Positions 20,320-39,786 of a stretch of DNA of 64,000 nucleotides are shown here, one piece after another. The stretch is taken from positions 14,942,001 to 15,006,000 of the forward strand of contig NC_045714.1 of assembly GCF_009834535.1 (NCBI RefSeq), written 5' to 3'. The notes beneath the pieces are model-generated. The model was not told the DNA's origin, did not search any database, and worked only from the letters and a program-made list of their open reading frames with translations. The translations under genes and the position numbers were made by a program. Origin of the DNA: Camelus ferus (lineage: Eukaryota). Each line of letters begins with the position of its first letter. The first letter of the stretch is position 1.

Positions 20320-20720
20320 CCCCTCCCCAAGGTCAGGCTTCGCCACCCCAGCCACAGCGGCTTTCTCCCACGTCTGAGCCAATGGTCACAGCGGCCCCAA
20401 GCAGCCCAGGGCACGGGCGGTGGAATGAGGGAGGGAGGCGCTCCAGCCAACCAGGCTAGGCAGCCTCCCAGTAGGAAGGGTGCAGGCCCCGCCCCACCTC
20501 CTTGGCCCCGCCCCGGTAGCTCCCAGGCCCAGCCGCGAGCTGTTTGGGGCAACACAGGCAGCCCCCTCTTGGCTGGACTGCGAGGGTTTCACGAGCCTGG
20601 GGAAAGAAGATCCAGCTAAAATTAACCGTTATCAAGCTGTCAGCCCTGGAAATAAACCCGCCTTCCATTGGCTACGAGTGATGTCACCGCGAGCCAGGTT
20701 AATAATAACCTGCCAATGCA
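20320..20720. promoter_or_regulatory. Candidate EEF1A2 upstream enhancer
   Basis: CCAAGGTCA (ERR/NR5A type) 20327-20335; CTAAAATTAA 20616-20625; near-palindromic GGTTAATAATAACC 20697-20710; inverted CCAAT nearby. Confidence 0.4.
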
Positions 20721-22329
20721 GAGCTTTCTACCTGTGCCGCCTTCCTGGGGGGCCTTGGCCAGCAGGTGGGGCTTGGGGGCGGAGTGTCTCAGAATGACCT
20801 CACCTCTGGCCTTGGGCCGCAGGCTGCCCTCTGACCCCTGAGCATCAGGCGCACATCCTCACGTGAGGGTCAGTCTCCCAGCCTGCCTGGGCAGCAGGAC
20901 CTCAGATGACCTCAGAGACACGTTCCCTGCCCCCAGCTCTCCAGCCCAGGGGTCTGAGCTGCCCTTGAGGCAGAAAATTAAGTGGTCTCCATGGCAAAGA
21001 AGAGCTCTTGGCTACAGAGCTTCCCTCAGAAAAGCAAGGTCACGGCCCCTAATCAGAGAAGGGGGGCTGGGCTGGGCAGGGCGGGGCCATGTGTACACCA
21101 GCTGGATCCCAAGGCCAGTCAAGGCTGCACAGCCTGCCGGCGCTGTGCTCAGTCCCTGGGCCAAATGAAATGGGGAGTTGGGGTGACTTACTGGACAATC
21201 CAGGCTCCCAAACACTCCACCCTCCCAGACACAGTGTCTGGGAGAGGTGTGAGGCCAACCTGAGTCACCTAGGGAAGGAGGCCTGGAGAGGGGCTCACAG
21301 CTCCTCAGAGAGGGGGAGGGGCTGCCTGGCCTGCCCCACCCCCACCCGCGCTGGGGCCACCTGTACCTGCAGCGCGCAGGGAACCATCACCGTGCCGAAG
21401 GAGTAGGTGGCCCCTGCGGGCTCCTCCCCAGGCCCTCACCCCACAGGAGCCCTCAGACGTCTGAGCGCAGCCCTGCTCATGACCCCAGGCCACCACCGGC
21501 TTCTAGGGAGCAGAGAGGGGGTCTGGTGGGCCGGCGCCCAGGGCCAGGGGCTCCAGCCTGGAGCTAAGGAGAAGGAGCGGCCAGGCCCCCCATTTGGTCC
21601 ATTGCAGGCTGGGAGGCCAACCAGAGATGGGGGGGCAGGGATCAGCCTCAGGGGCCAAGAAGGGACAGGCCAGCTCCTCCTGCGGCTGGATCCAGGTGCC
21701 CTGGCACCGGCACCACCCCGGAGCCCTGGAGTGGGGGAGGCGAGGCCTCAGCGCTCAGCCAGCCTCCCCACCCCCAGGTTCAAGGGTGCATCTCCAGGCA
21801 GGAGTTGCCCAGGGGAACGTGAAGCTCGTTAGCATCTCTGAGCCCGTGTTTTCTCCTCTCTGAACGGAGCTCCCCTCAATTGGGCAGTTGGGAATAACCC
21901 AGCCTGGGGAGCCCCAGAGACGCTGGGGCCTCTTGGGATGGGCTGATGCCGGAGATGGCGGGCGGGGCAAAGGATGGGAGGGGGACTGAGGGGGACAGTG
22001 CCCCAGCTTGTCCCTGAACAGACCTAGAGAAACAAGTTACAAATGGGCCCCGCCCCCAAGTCGGGAAACAGCCCCGCCCTCCTGCCCTGGAGAGCACCGC
22101 TACCTTGGCTCCTCCTGCGCAGACAGCGCGGCCTGCTTGAGCTCTGCGGGGATGGTGTGCACGGTGTGTATCCTCTGGGCGGTTTCCCTCACCTGCCATC
22201 ATGCTGACGGCTGTGCCCAGGCTGCTGCGCAGGGGAGCTGTTAGTTTATTTTTGCTGCTGGGTGGCATTCCACTTCCAGCTTGGGGCTACAGCCAATAAA
22301 GCTGCTCAGAACCTCCCTGCGTCCCACCT

Positions 22330-24400
22330 ATGTGCGTATTTCCATTTGCCGCACACACAGCTGTATGTACATCACGCCAGTCTTTCATTCACTGCCTCTT
22401 GGCTGTAAGATCCCCCTCTGATACCTGGTCGGTGACACCGAACAAAATCATGGTAAGCATTCCTTCTTTACAGCGAGCAGATCTATTTTCGCAGAGCAGG
22501 CAATGACAGGTTAATTTACAGCCAAGAGGAAACAGATAGCTGGTGTTCTTCCTCGACGAAGAGGAAATTGTCCTATTTTTTTTGCACGTCTGGTGATTTG
22601 GGGCTGCATACTGAGCATCCTGTGAAGACCCCGGGTCCCGACTCCTCCGGACTCCTTGGGAGACCGCTGGTTCACGTCCCAGTGGCTGTTTGTGCTCACG
22701 CGCTGCTGCTGACCTGGGAACCTCGAAGTGCCTCCCAGGCCCTCGACTCGGTGACACTCAGACTCCAGTCTCTGCCCCCGCAAAGCTCTCTGCGGGACTC
22801 AGCTTTAACTTTCCTCGGTCGGGCCTGGAGTAGGCGTTGCTGTAGGTTGCAGCCTTTTCTCCTAAGAAGTAAGCAAGCAGGTCTCTCCCCTCTGGCTGGG
22901 CCCGAGCGCATGGGCTGCGCGTAACACGTCGTCGTACAGTCGTACCACATTCTCGTCATCACTTTCCAGTTGATGGGCATTCGAGTCGTTTCTGCTTTTT
23001 AGCTAGGAGGGATGGTGCTGCCACGCCAGTCCTGTCCGAGCTTTCTGGGTGGGTATCTGTTCATCTTTCCTGGGTGGACATCTAGGAACAAAACTCCTGG
23101 GTCTTGTGGTGCCTGTGATCTTTCAAGAAACTGCCAGCCGGCTTCCCACAGCGGCTGCACCTTTTCACGTCCCTGGCGGCCGGGCGGGAGGGCTCCAGCA
23201 CCTCCACAGCCTCACCCGCACTCGTGACTGGTCTGTGTTTCTGATCAGAGTTCGTCTGTGAGTGTGAAGTGGTCTCTCGCTGTGGTTTGATCTGCATTTC
23301 CCTGAAGACTGACGATGCTGAGCATCGTTCCGCGCGTGTGGCCATCTGTGTACCTCCTCTGGAGAAGCGTCCGTTCGGACCCTTAGCCCGATTCTAAGTG
23401 GCTTGTTTATTCTCTCAGCGTTGAGCTTTGAGGGCTCTTTATGTCTTCCGGATACAAGTCCTTTGTCAGGTAGTTGGTTTGCAAGTATTTTCTCCCCGTC
23501 TGTGGCTTGTCTTTTTATTTACTTAACAGCCATTCATAGTACCAAAGCTTTTAATTTTGATGAAGTCCGATGCACCCACTTTTTTTCTTGCGTGGGATGA
23601 TCCACTGACACTGGCAAACCCCCAGGTTTAGGATCTACGGCTTCAAAAATTTCGCTGAGATTTTTATCAAAACTATATTAAATCTGGACATCAGTTTGGA
23701 GGGAACGGGTATCTGTTCTGCTATGTTTCCACTTACTTAGGCCTTCTTTGATTTCTTTCATTAGCAGTTAGTTCTCGGCGTACAAACCCTAGACATGTTT
23801 TGTCAGGTTTATACTTCAGTGTTCCATAGCAGAGGGTAGCCATTATAAACGGTATTTTTGAAATTTCTGCTTCTCATTGTAAATCACTAGTATGCAAGGA
23901 CACGGTTGGTTTTTGTGTGTTGACTTTGTATCCTGCTGATCTCATTTGCTCAGTCTTTTGGTGGGTTCCTTGACGACGGGCCACCAAGTTGTCTGTGAAG
24001 CGGCACAGTTTCGTTCCTCACTTTTGATCTGTGTGCTCCTATGTCTTTCTCTTGCCCCACTGTACCGCTAAGGCCTCCGGGGGGTGCTGGGTAAGCCTAG
24101 CGAGAGAGCCCCGCCCCGGGGACGGAGTCTGTCTCTCTCCCTCAAGCACACGTGGCCTTGCTCACTGGGAGCTGGCTGGTGTGAGCTCTCCACTGACGCT
24201 CTTTACAAGATCAAGGACGCCCTTTTCCCTTCCTGGCTTGCTGAGTTTTCATCACGAGTGGGTCTACCAAAGCTCATTGTCCATCATTTGACAGGCGTGC
24301 TCACGGCTGCCAGCTGGTGCATTTCCACAAGCACTGCTTTAAAGCCTTCGTCAGGTCCCCTCAGCGTCAGGGTTCGTCCCTCCAGTGCCACTTCCTGAGG
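22330..24400 (-). mobile_element. Old L1M LINE fragments (3' end and ORF2 remnant), antisense
   Basis: GTACCACATT..CCAGTTGATGGGCATT, GTGGTTTGATCTGCATTTCCCTGA..GAGCAT, TTTTAATTTTGATGAAGTCC and TTCTTTGATTTCTTTCATTAG are L1 hallmarks. Boundaries are approximate. Confidence 0.75.
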
Positions 24401-27400
24401 TTTCCCTGGTGCTTTTATGCCGAGTGATTTTAGCTCTTATCCCAAAGTTCAGTGTCTTTGAAGAATGAACACTTTGTGGTTTGCTGTACACCTTGAGCTG
24501 AATTCCAGGGCACTGAAATGCTTGTTTCTGACAGTTTTTCCAAGGTTCATATTTGCTTTTTGGAGAGGAAGTTTTTTGACCTCCTCACTCCTTCGTGCTG
24601 GGAATCTGTAGTATCTCTTACTACACGGCTCACCTTTTCCTCAAATGTATTTCTCGTATGCCTATCAGGGCTGATCTCTCTTAGCCATTGGGGACACAGT
24701 GGGTCCAAGCCTGGCTCTCACAGATTTGACTAAACCAGCAGGAAAACCGATGGGGTCATCTTTGGTGGGAACAGCGCTGCAGCTGGTGACCACACCTGAC
24801 CTCCACGGAGCACCTGCTTTGAGCTGGGCCCTGGTCTACGCATCCACACCAAGTCCCACGAGTCACGCGCGTCCTGTCTCACAGACGAGGAAACTGGGGA
24901 GTGGCGGTGGCCGGCTGCGGCTCCCCGAGGAACCCTCTGGCCACACAAAGCGACCCCCGTGATGAGCTCTCATTAAGTACTAGTCAGTAGCTTCATTTCT
25001 TCTGAGAACATTGACATCACCGACAGAGGCTCAGCTCCTGCTCGAGGGCCCAGCCTCAGCTACCACCCAGGGAGGCATCGTCTGACCCGAAGGTAGGGCG
25101 GGGCTGGACGCCATCCTGATGGGAAACATCTCTGGCCCTCCCAAGGGTTTTCCTGTCCCCACTTCCCAGGTGGCTGGAGGCTCAGGTGCTACGTCCTGAC
25201 CCCGGGCCCAGCCCTGCCCACCTTGAGCCCCAGACAAGCCTCCAAGCAGGCGGGCCACCATTCCCTCAGGGCTGGTGGAAGGGAAGGGCTGACCTCTCTC
25301 CCCCGAGCTCAGCCCGTGCCAGACCTTGTCGTTACCGCCCACTCTGAAGTAGCCCCCCTGAGGCGGGGCAGCCAGCGTGGGCAGGCGGGTTCCAGCCCAG
25401 GCCTCGGGGCTCCAGAGCCCGCCTTCCCCCAGGGCTAGAGCCACTCCTAGGGCAGCCAGCAAGACAGCGTCCCTGAGGTCAACTCAGCAACTCCGAGGAC
25501 GCCAGACGGGTGTGTGGCCACCTTGGGGTCATCCCAGACGGTCCACACACAGGCTGGGGATGGACAGAGGGAACCTGAGACCCCGAAACCCCACCCTTTT
25601 CCCCAGTCTCACCAGGACGTGCCCCCATCCCCCTCAAGACCGCTGACCCAGCTCTGGGGAGGGACTGGCAGAGCCCCCACCTTCCTAGCTTAGTACACGC
25701 AGCTTTTACATGTTCACTTAAAAAACCCTCTCTTCAGGTTGCCTGTTACTGAAGTCACCATCGGTGAGGTTGAGAGTGGGGTGGACTGGGGCAGGCTGGC
25801 CAAGCAGGCAGCTGGAAGGCGGCCTGGGGAGGTGGGAGACACACTCATCAGTGCGCCTTCAGGGGAGGTGCCCAGCCGGGAATGGTCTGCAGACGGCCCC
25901 ACTGCTGGCTCCTTTAGGGCAGGCCTTGGCCACGGAGCCGCCGTGCCCAGGGCTGCTTCCCCAGGTGGCCACGTGGGGCCTCATGCAGGTCACCCCCGAC
26001 GGCGGGCCAGCACCTGAGCTGACATGTCCCCCTACTGAGCCCTTTCCCATGTGTGGGTCATCAACACACATCCTGCATCCCAGCCTCTGTCCCAGCCTCT
26101 GCTCCCAAGACCTCAGCTTGTGACACTTGTGCAAGCAGGAGTCCCAGACGGGAAGTGGCCACAGGGGGGTCACAGCCGAGTGCCCTGCCCGCCCAGGCTC
26201 CCTGAGCGGGCCTGCCACAGGGTGACCCCAGCCTTGCCCTCAGCCCCGAGCACACGCTCACAGGCTCTGCCCAGTGCTCGCACCCAGCACACGTCCGCGC
26301 CCAGCGCAGGGTGTCACGTGGCCTCAACAGGCTAGGGGAGCCCTGCCGGCTGGAGCCAGGGGAACCGGAGTGGATAGAACAGAACTTAATTGAGGCGTGC
26401 CATGCTCTGAGCATGGAAGAGGCAGCAACTGTCCCCAGGAAGTGTCAGCTCCCGGAGGTGGAGAGGACAGCCTGAGAACTCCTCCAGGTCTCTCTCACGA
26501 GGGTCCAAAGCTTCCAGTCCACCCAGGAGGTGAGCTCTGCCCGGGGCAGGGGCAGCAGGTGGAGGGGGCTCCATGGTTTCCTGAAGAACGGAGAAGGGGT
26601 GTCAGGATCCCAGCCACCCAGCACTTCCCTTCTCCCCAGCTGACCAGGCCCGAGCCAGGCCCAGGGAGGCGCCGGGAGGCAAGGCCTGGGTCCCACGAGG
26701 AGCAGGCGCTGGGTGTGGCTGCATCAGTGTCGTCCCAGGGGCCCAGCACTGTTCATGAGCTCTGTGGGAGGAGAGGCTGCCGAGGCCCCAGGCGCAGGAC
26801 CACCAGGCTGTGAGGCCCGCATGAGTGACTAGGGTGTCACAAGCTCACCCACCCCCGGGGAGTCACTGAGACATCTCCTCTGCTCCCTGCCAGCAGAGAG
26901 GGCCTGACTTCAACCTCCCCACACCCACAGCCCAGTGCACCAGGGCTCTCTCCAGTCCCAAGCCCCTCCCAGCAGAAGCCCTGGTGGCCCTCCTGCCCTG
27001 GTCAGGGGGTGCTAAGCTGACCCTGTTCTCCAGGGCAGACCCATGTCCCTGCTCTCTGTTCAGACCCTGCCATAGGATAAGTCTGCCCCAGGGGTCCCAG
27101 CCCAACTGGGATCTCACCTCCCATATTGCTGCTCCCCACTCCCCCCAGGGTACACTGCGTCCGTCCCACGGGCCCTCAGGAATGGCACCTGCCCTCATTC
27201 CCTGAGCTGTGCCCCATCCTGAGCAACCACCAGGCCCAGGATTCTGAGCAGACCCCTCACCAAACCTTGCGTCCTGACCATATGAGCTGTCCATGGTCCT
27301 GGGCTGGCGCCTCACGCCAGCCTCTCCAGCTCCAGGCCCCGGAACCCCAGTCCTGTTGGAGGCACCAGCAAGGGGCACACCACAAGATGCCCACACACCT

Positions 27401-29929
27401 GGCTGCCAGCCACAGGGACACGGGAATCCAGGGAAGGGGCAGAGCCCTGTGGCTAAGGGTCCTTCAGAGCGAGACAAGACTGGAACATTCTTGCCAGAAT
27501 GTCCCATCCTCCTGCTGTCAATCGCACTGACCAGTCTGCCTTATCAGTGACCCCTCAGGGCCCCAGTGAGGAGGCCTGGCTACCTGCCTGTCCAGCACAC
27601 CCTCCGCCCTGCCCTTGCCCAGCTCTGAGAACTGGGTCTCAGAGTGTCTGTGCTGGCCCTGCCCCAGCGCCTCCTTGCTTGGCCCTCAGCTTAAGCCTAA
27701 CACTCCGCCTCCTGTCCCTGCTCACCAAGGAGGGGCCCTGCCCTCTGGTCTGGCCCCTCTGCCAGAAGGAGCCCCCATCTGACTCCCCAAGCCACCCCCA
27801 TGCCTCGCTGAGCTACACATACACAGAAGGTGCCTCGCCAACCCGAGCATTGAGTGAACAGCGTGGTGCACGGTCCAGGCAGGCCCAGTTTCACCCAGAG
27901 GCCCCCTTCAGTGCCCCTGCCTGGCTCTCCTGTCCTCACTACGAACCCACAAAGGCAGGTGCCGTTGGCCTCAGTGTCCTCAGCCTGGGGCACACAACTG
28001 GCACCCAACCACCCCAATCACCTTCATGAACCACAAAACATGGAACCCAATCATGCTGCAAGCCCACTGGGGGCTGCCCCTCTCTGGGGGAGGGGCCTGA
28101 TGCCCAGCATCTCGGGGGGGGGGGGGGCATAAGGGGCAGATACTCAGGCACCAGGCAATTTGTCAGCTGAGGGGAGGGCACCCTGTTGCCCATCCCAGGC
28201 AAGCGTGTGGTCAGGGGCCGGCTGAGAGCTAAGACCAGAGGGGAGAGGCCACTCCACACAGCGGGCAGCTCTATGAGGCCCCGAGAAGAGGTGACGGCTG
28301 GAGCTTGCGTGAACCCAAATGGCCAATAACCCAGCCACATGGCCCTGGTGCATCTCATCCACTACGAAGCTCAGGGTTTGGTGAGTGTACGGGGGCAGGG
28401 GAGGGCAAATGGCAAGTGGTAAGAATTAAACTTGATTTTAAATTTAAGTAAAGTCATGATCCAGAACTAATGCCCTGGAGGGGCAGGAAGCTGGCCAGGG
28501 CACAGCTATGGGTGACTCTGGGAAGCGAAGGTCTCTGGCTGTGAAGTGGGGTTGAGGTGGGAGCAGTGGGGGGCCATGTGCCTCTCCTCTGAGGTCTGGC
28601 CTCACTTGTATGGGCCACATCTCTCGCCGTGAGCACAGTTATCTTGGAGGCCCATGAAAGGCCCAGCTGGACAGGTGGCAGGGAGAGCCCCTGGAACTGT
28701 CCTTTTCCCTGTGACCAGCCAGGGTCCAGTCCGTGGGGACGCCAGGAAGAGATGGAGGACCAAAACTCACCTAGGCCAGGTAGCTCTCCTCTGAGGGTCC
28801 TCCCAGCCACGCTGCTGCCCAAGGCAGGTCACAGTTAGAAGTCAGCAGCCTTGACCCACCACCCAGACCAATAAAGGGCCACATCCAGGGGCACCCAGAT
28901 CCCTCCCCTCCTGGGGCCTTGGCTTTTTCGTCTGCTGAGTGAAAAGTCAGACTGAGGTGTGAAGTTATATAGAGCCCAGCCAAGAGGATTATGGGCTCTT
29001 CCTGGTGGCCCCCCTGAAGCCCCCACAGATCTCCCGAGACCTTCCCGACCACCAGGGCTGAGACTGCCCAGCCAGGGCCTAGCGGCAAAGAGCCAGGGAG
29101 AATGCAGGGGGACTTCTCCCCCTGCAGAGGGAGGCTGGGGCCTGGAGGAGGTTGTGTGGTGGAGGGGGAAAGCTGGTTTCCACACTGAAAAGGAAATCCT
29201 CCTCCTGACTAAGAGGCAGGGTGTGGCAGGGCCCAGCCACAACAGGGAACATTCTGGGGTTGCCCAAACCAGAGGGCCTTACCTCCAGCTACCGGAGGCT
29301 TCTCCAGACAGCAGTTCTTTACCTCATCCACTGAAATAACCCCCACCTTTGCCTGCCCTGATTTCCACTCTCCCTCCCTCCCTCCCCCACGCCCCACGAG
29401 CAGCTGGATGCAGGCTGGAGCTGAGAACTGGGAGTGGGTTCCAGAGCCCCCAGGGCTGTGAGGGGTCATGGGTGGTGGGTTCCACAGCTTCCCACCCGCG
29501 GTGAAGTCCCTGAAGGGCTGGAAAGCTCAAGGCATGCAGCCTGTTGTGGGTACCACCGTGTGCCCGCGGGGGCTCACGTCTGGTTGGAGGGCTGAGCACG
29601 CAGAAGCAAAAACCCCCAACCTGTCTTGGGTGAGAAGGGGCAGGCCCCATCCTCAGCGGAGAAGGCCAGAGCAGAGGGGCACTGCGGGGCCTCGGCCTGA
29701 AGGGCTCAGCCCAGGGCTGTGGCAGCAGCAGAAACGGACCAGAAACGCAGGGGCCATCGTCCAGCTGCTCGCCGCCCCCACAGAGCTGGAAAGGTGGGGG
29801 CAGGCTAGACCAGCTGGGGGCCAGGGCCCAAAGCAATGGCCAGAGCCCGGGAAGGGGGGGTCCAGGAGGTGGGAGGGAGACAGGCTGTGCTCTAGGACTG
29901 GGGCGAGGGTCATTTAACTACTCCAACTC

Positions 29930-30800
29930 CAGGCCACGCCAGGGTGCGCTGCCTCGGGAGCCCAGGTCTGACCAACGCCGCAGGACTGAACTTCCGCCGG
30001 CACAGGCCGGCAAGGGCCAGGCCAAGGGGGCGGAGCGGGGAGGTGCTTGGGGAGGGGAGGTGCTTGGGGAGGGGCCGAGCCGAGGCCTCGCAGGGGTCCT
30101 GGGCGGGGCCTGAACCGAGGCGGGGCCTGAGGGCCAGCTCGTCCCGCCCCCCGTGACGAGACTGCGGCGCCGCCGTATAAGGAGACGCGTCCGCGCGTGC
30201 GCGCCCCGCGCGTCTGGGTCGTGGAGCTGTAGCTCGCGGTCACTTCTGCAGATGGGCTCCGTGGCCTAGCGTCCCCGTCCCCGCCACCTGTGATCGTGCG
30301 CCGAGGCCCACGAGGGGTCGCCGCCGAGGTTAGGGGCTGGGGCGGCGCAAGGGTGGGGTCGAGCGGCCCTAATGGGCGGCGCGGGCCGGCCCGTGCGCGA
30401 CGGTGGCGGGGCGGGTCGCACGGCGGCCGAGAGGACGGAAGGGCGGGCGGGGCCGGGGCCGCGGGCGGGCAGGGGCGGCGGGCCGGGCCCGGGACGCGGA
30501 GCTAGGGGCGCGCCGGCCTCTTCCAGAGCCCCAGGCCTGCGGCCCCGCGCACAAAGCGCCTTTGTTACCCCGCGCGGCCGGTTCGGGCTGGTTGGAACCG
30601 CCCGCGCGGAGAGGGCGGGCCGGGAGTTCCCGAGCCCCGCCTCGGTTGGGTAAACAAACCCAGCCTTTGTGCCCCGCCCCGGAGCCCGCGGGGCTGAGCC
30701 TGGCGTCCCGACCGGGCGGCTCAGCCCGGGTGGGGAGCGTCCCTCTCGACGGGCAGCGGTGACCAAAGGGGCTCCCCCACGGCGCCTTTGCAGGTTTCCA
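29930..30800 (+). promoter_or_regulatory. PPDPF: PPDPF CpG-island promoter with TATA box
   Basis: TATAAGG at 30176, upstream GC boxes, dense CpG, acceptor TTTGCAG at 30793 before the ATG exon. Confidence 0.8.
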
Positions 30801-30817
30801 CCAGCCCAAGCAAGATC

Positions 30818-31534
30818 ATGGCAGCCATCCCCTCCAGCGGCTCGCTCGTGGCCACCCACGACTACTACCGGCGTAAGTAAGCCCCTTGCTCGCCCCCTCC
30901 CCAAGTCTCACCCAGCCTGTGGCGGCAGCTCCAGTGTCTTGAGAACCCTTATCTGGGTGGGGAGTGAGCTGCTAAAGATCCCTGGCACTTGCCCTGTGCT
31001 GCCAGCAAAGCCAGCATTTGGCCTGGTGGGCTGGGGGCTCAGTACCCTGCAGAGCTGACTGGGCCTCTTCTCTCCAGGCCGCCTGGGCTCCACTTCCAGT
31101 AACAGCTCCTGCGGAAGTGCGGAGTACCCTGGGGAAGCCATCCCCCACCACCCGGGTGAGTGGAGGCCCCGTTCCCATCTGTCCCCAGGGGCCCTCTGGA
31201 AGGAGCCAGCTGCAGCATCCTGACTTCACTTTGCTTCCTTCAGGTCTCCCCAAAGCCGACCTGGGACACTGGTGGGCTAGCTTCTTTTTCGGGAAGTCCA
31301 CTCTCCCATTCATGGCCACAGTGTTGGAGTCCCCAGAGCAGTGAGTCCACTTTCCTGGGGGGCAGTGAGGGGGGTGGGCAGGTGGAAGCAACCTCTGACC
31401 ACACGCTCTCCCCCAGCTCGGAATCGCCCCAGACTTCCACCAGCACGATCACCTGTGACCTGGTTCGGGAAGCCGTGGGGAAGCAGCAGCCTGGCAGCCA
31501 GCCTGGCAAAACCAACTCCAGGCCCCCGTCCTGA
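30818..31534 (+). CDS. PPDPF: Pancreatic progenitor cell differentiation and proliferation factor, 115 aa; exons 30818-30872, 31078-31155, 31244-31340, 31417-31534
   Basis: MAAIPSSGSLVATHDYYRRRLGSTSSNSS...GLPKADLGHWWASFFFGKSTLPFMATVLES...PPS*; GT-AG introns; 348 nt in frame. Confidence 0.95.
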
Positions 31535-31774
31535 GTGGCTGCCACCAGCTGCCAGGCTTCCTTCCAAGGCGCTAGGCTCATAAGAGCCCTCCCCCTCCTC
31601 TTCCCTCCCCTCCCTGAGACTAAGCAGGCTACAGCCAACAGAAACGGTTGGGTTCTTTAATATCAAAACAGCAAAACACCAAAAAGGAAGTTAAGAGAAC
31701 CGCACTCTTTGCTGTCCAAGCCACGTGAGAGCCTTCCTGACACTTAACAACCCTGTGCCTTGCACCAAGTAGAA

Positions 31775-31780
31775 AATAAA
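31775..31780 (+). terminator. PPDPF polyadenylation signal AATAAA
   Basis: Hexamer about 240 nt after the stop. Confidence 0.75.
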
Positions 31781-33402
31781 CTCTAAGCAGCCATCAGCCT
31801 GATGGTGTGTGTGAGCTGTGTGCCCTACCCGCACCCTGCCGCCCCCCGCCCTGGGAGAAGTCACCCATACCCTCAACCTTCTCACTTCCTGGGCGGTGGG
31901 GAACTGGCTTTGCTCCCTGGGCCTTCCTGGGGCCCCTCCCTAGGGGGCCACCTCCAAGGTCTGGCCCAGGTGCACATGGGGAGGCAGCTCTGGTGAGCAT
32001 GGAGCCTCGCATCTGAGAAGGGGTAGGGTGCCTTGCTATGTTGGGGAGCTGGGGAGAGCAGGCAGCCCAGGAGCTGGACAGGAGGCCTCCAGGGCAGCCA
32101 CTGAGGTCAGGGCCCTCTGACTGCACCCCTTGTCCCTGCCACTAATGCTGGGGGCTGGGCCTCTGGCTCTGGGTTCAGGAGCCCAGTGCCCCTTGGAGGA
32201 CCTTGAGGAGGCCGTCCTCAAGCTGGTTTAGGGTGGTTCATATGCCACGTCTTCCCAGGTGCCTTCTGGTAAGGGGTCACCTCTTCTTTTTCTAGCCTCT
32301 TGAAAGATGCTCTCTGGACAGGGTTCCCCAACCCTGGGGGTGTGGACCCAGGCACCCGAAACTAAGGCTGAGGGGTAGGAGGTGTAGGAGTGCCCTAGAG
32401 GGGCCCTGCCACCAGGGACAGCCCAGCTCTGGGCAAAGTCCAATTCCAGGGGCTCTGTGTATGGTGGTGAGGGTGTGGCTCATCCTCTGCTGGCCTCCTG
32501 GTGGTTGGCTGGTGGTGTCCAGCAGAGGTGGACCGGGGGAGTGGAGGGAGGCTTGGTGGGAGGTTAATGGGCTGGGCTCAGCAGGCCCTTGGAGGAGCCC
32601 ATTCTCTGACCTCCCCATCTGCACTCTGCCTCATTCGCACAGGTCCATTCCAAGGCACTTGGATGGCTAGTGGCCCCCAAAGGCTGCACCCTCTGTCCTG
32701 CTTGCCCTCAGTGTGTCCACACAGACTGCAGAGTTGGGGGTTGGGCTCCCCTGTGGTCCAAAGGCTGGTAGACAGTGATGAGCCAGGGGGAGGGGCATAC
32801 CTCCAAGGCTGGCCTGAGCCCCACCCAGTCTTTTTTGGCCACAGTGTCCAGATGAAGCCCCCAGATCCCCTGGTGGCAGCTGCTGATTGCTGAGGCAGGT
32901 GGCCAGGGACAGCCGCCTCGCACCAGGTAGCAGGCATCAGGGCTCCTGTCAATGCAGAGTGCTGGAAAGTCCATGCCCCCTCAAGTTCAGGGGTCAGGCA
33001 GGGCCAGGTGGCAGAGGGAGTGCAGCCAAAGCCTAAGTCCCCACCGTGCACAGCCAGGGAGGCTCAGTCCTGTCCTGACAGCCAGTGGGCTTCGGGTCAG
33101 GACCAGGGACAGGTCCCCTCCCTTAGGAAAGAAGGGAGGGTTCCAGAGCAGGCGTGGGCTGTGGAGGGCCTGGCACTTTCCAGAGCTGGTGTCTTGAGAG
33201 GAGTAGGTGGGAGGAAGGGGTAGTCTGAGCCCTAGACTGCACTGGGTGAGCTCCCCTGCCCCGGGACAGGGTGGGCCCAGTGCTGCCGGGGGGCCCCTAC
33301 CTGGGAGTGTCCAGTTGGTTCATTGAGCTGCAGCCTTAGCACAAATCCTCAGTAACTCAAGGTCAGCCCACACCCTTGATCCGCGGTTGCTCAGGCCCTT
33401 CC

Positions 33403-39786
<6,384 letters not shown>

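Noticed and set aside
24400-29900. Numerous 100-214 aa ORFs between EEF1A2 and PPDPF, and similar ORFs in 1-9000
   Set aside because: Low-complexity P/G/A/S/R composition, frequent non-ATG starts, no homology I recognise; expected by chance at this GC content.
31341-31416. Apparent premature stop in PPDPF (ESPEQ*)
   Set aside because: The TGA lies within the GTGAGT donor of a 76-nt GT-AG intron; splicing restores the frame to PPS*.
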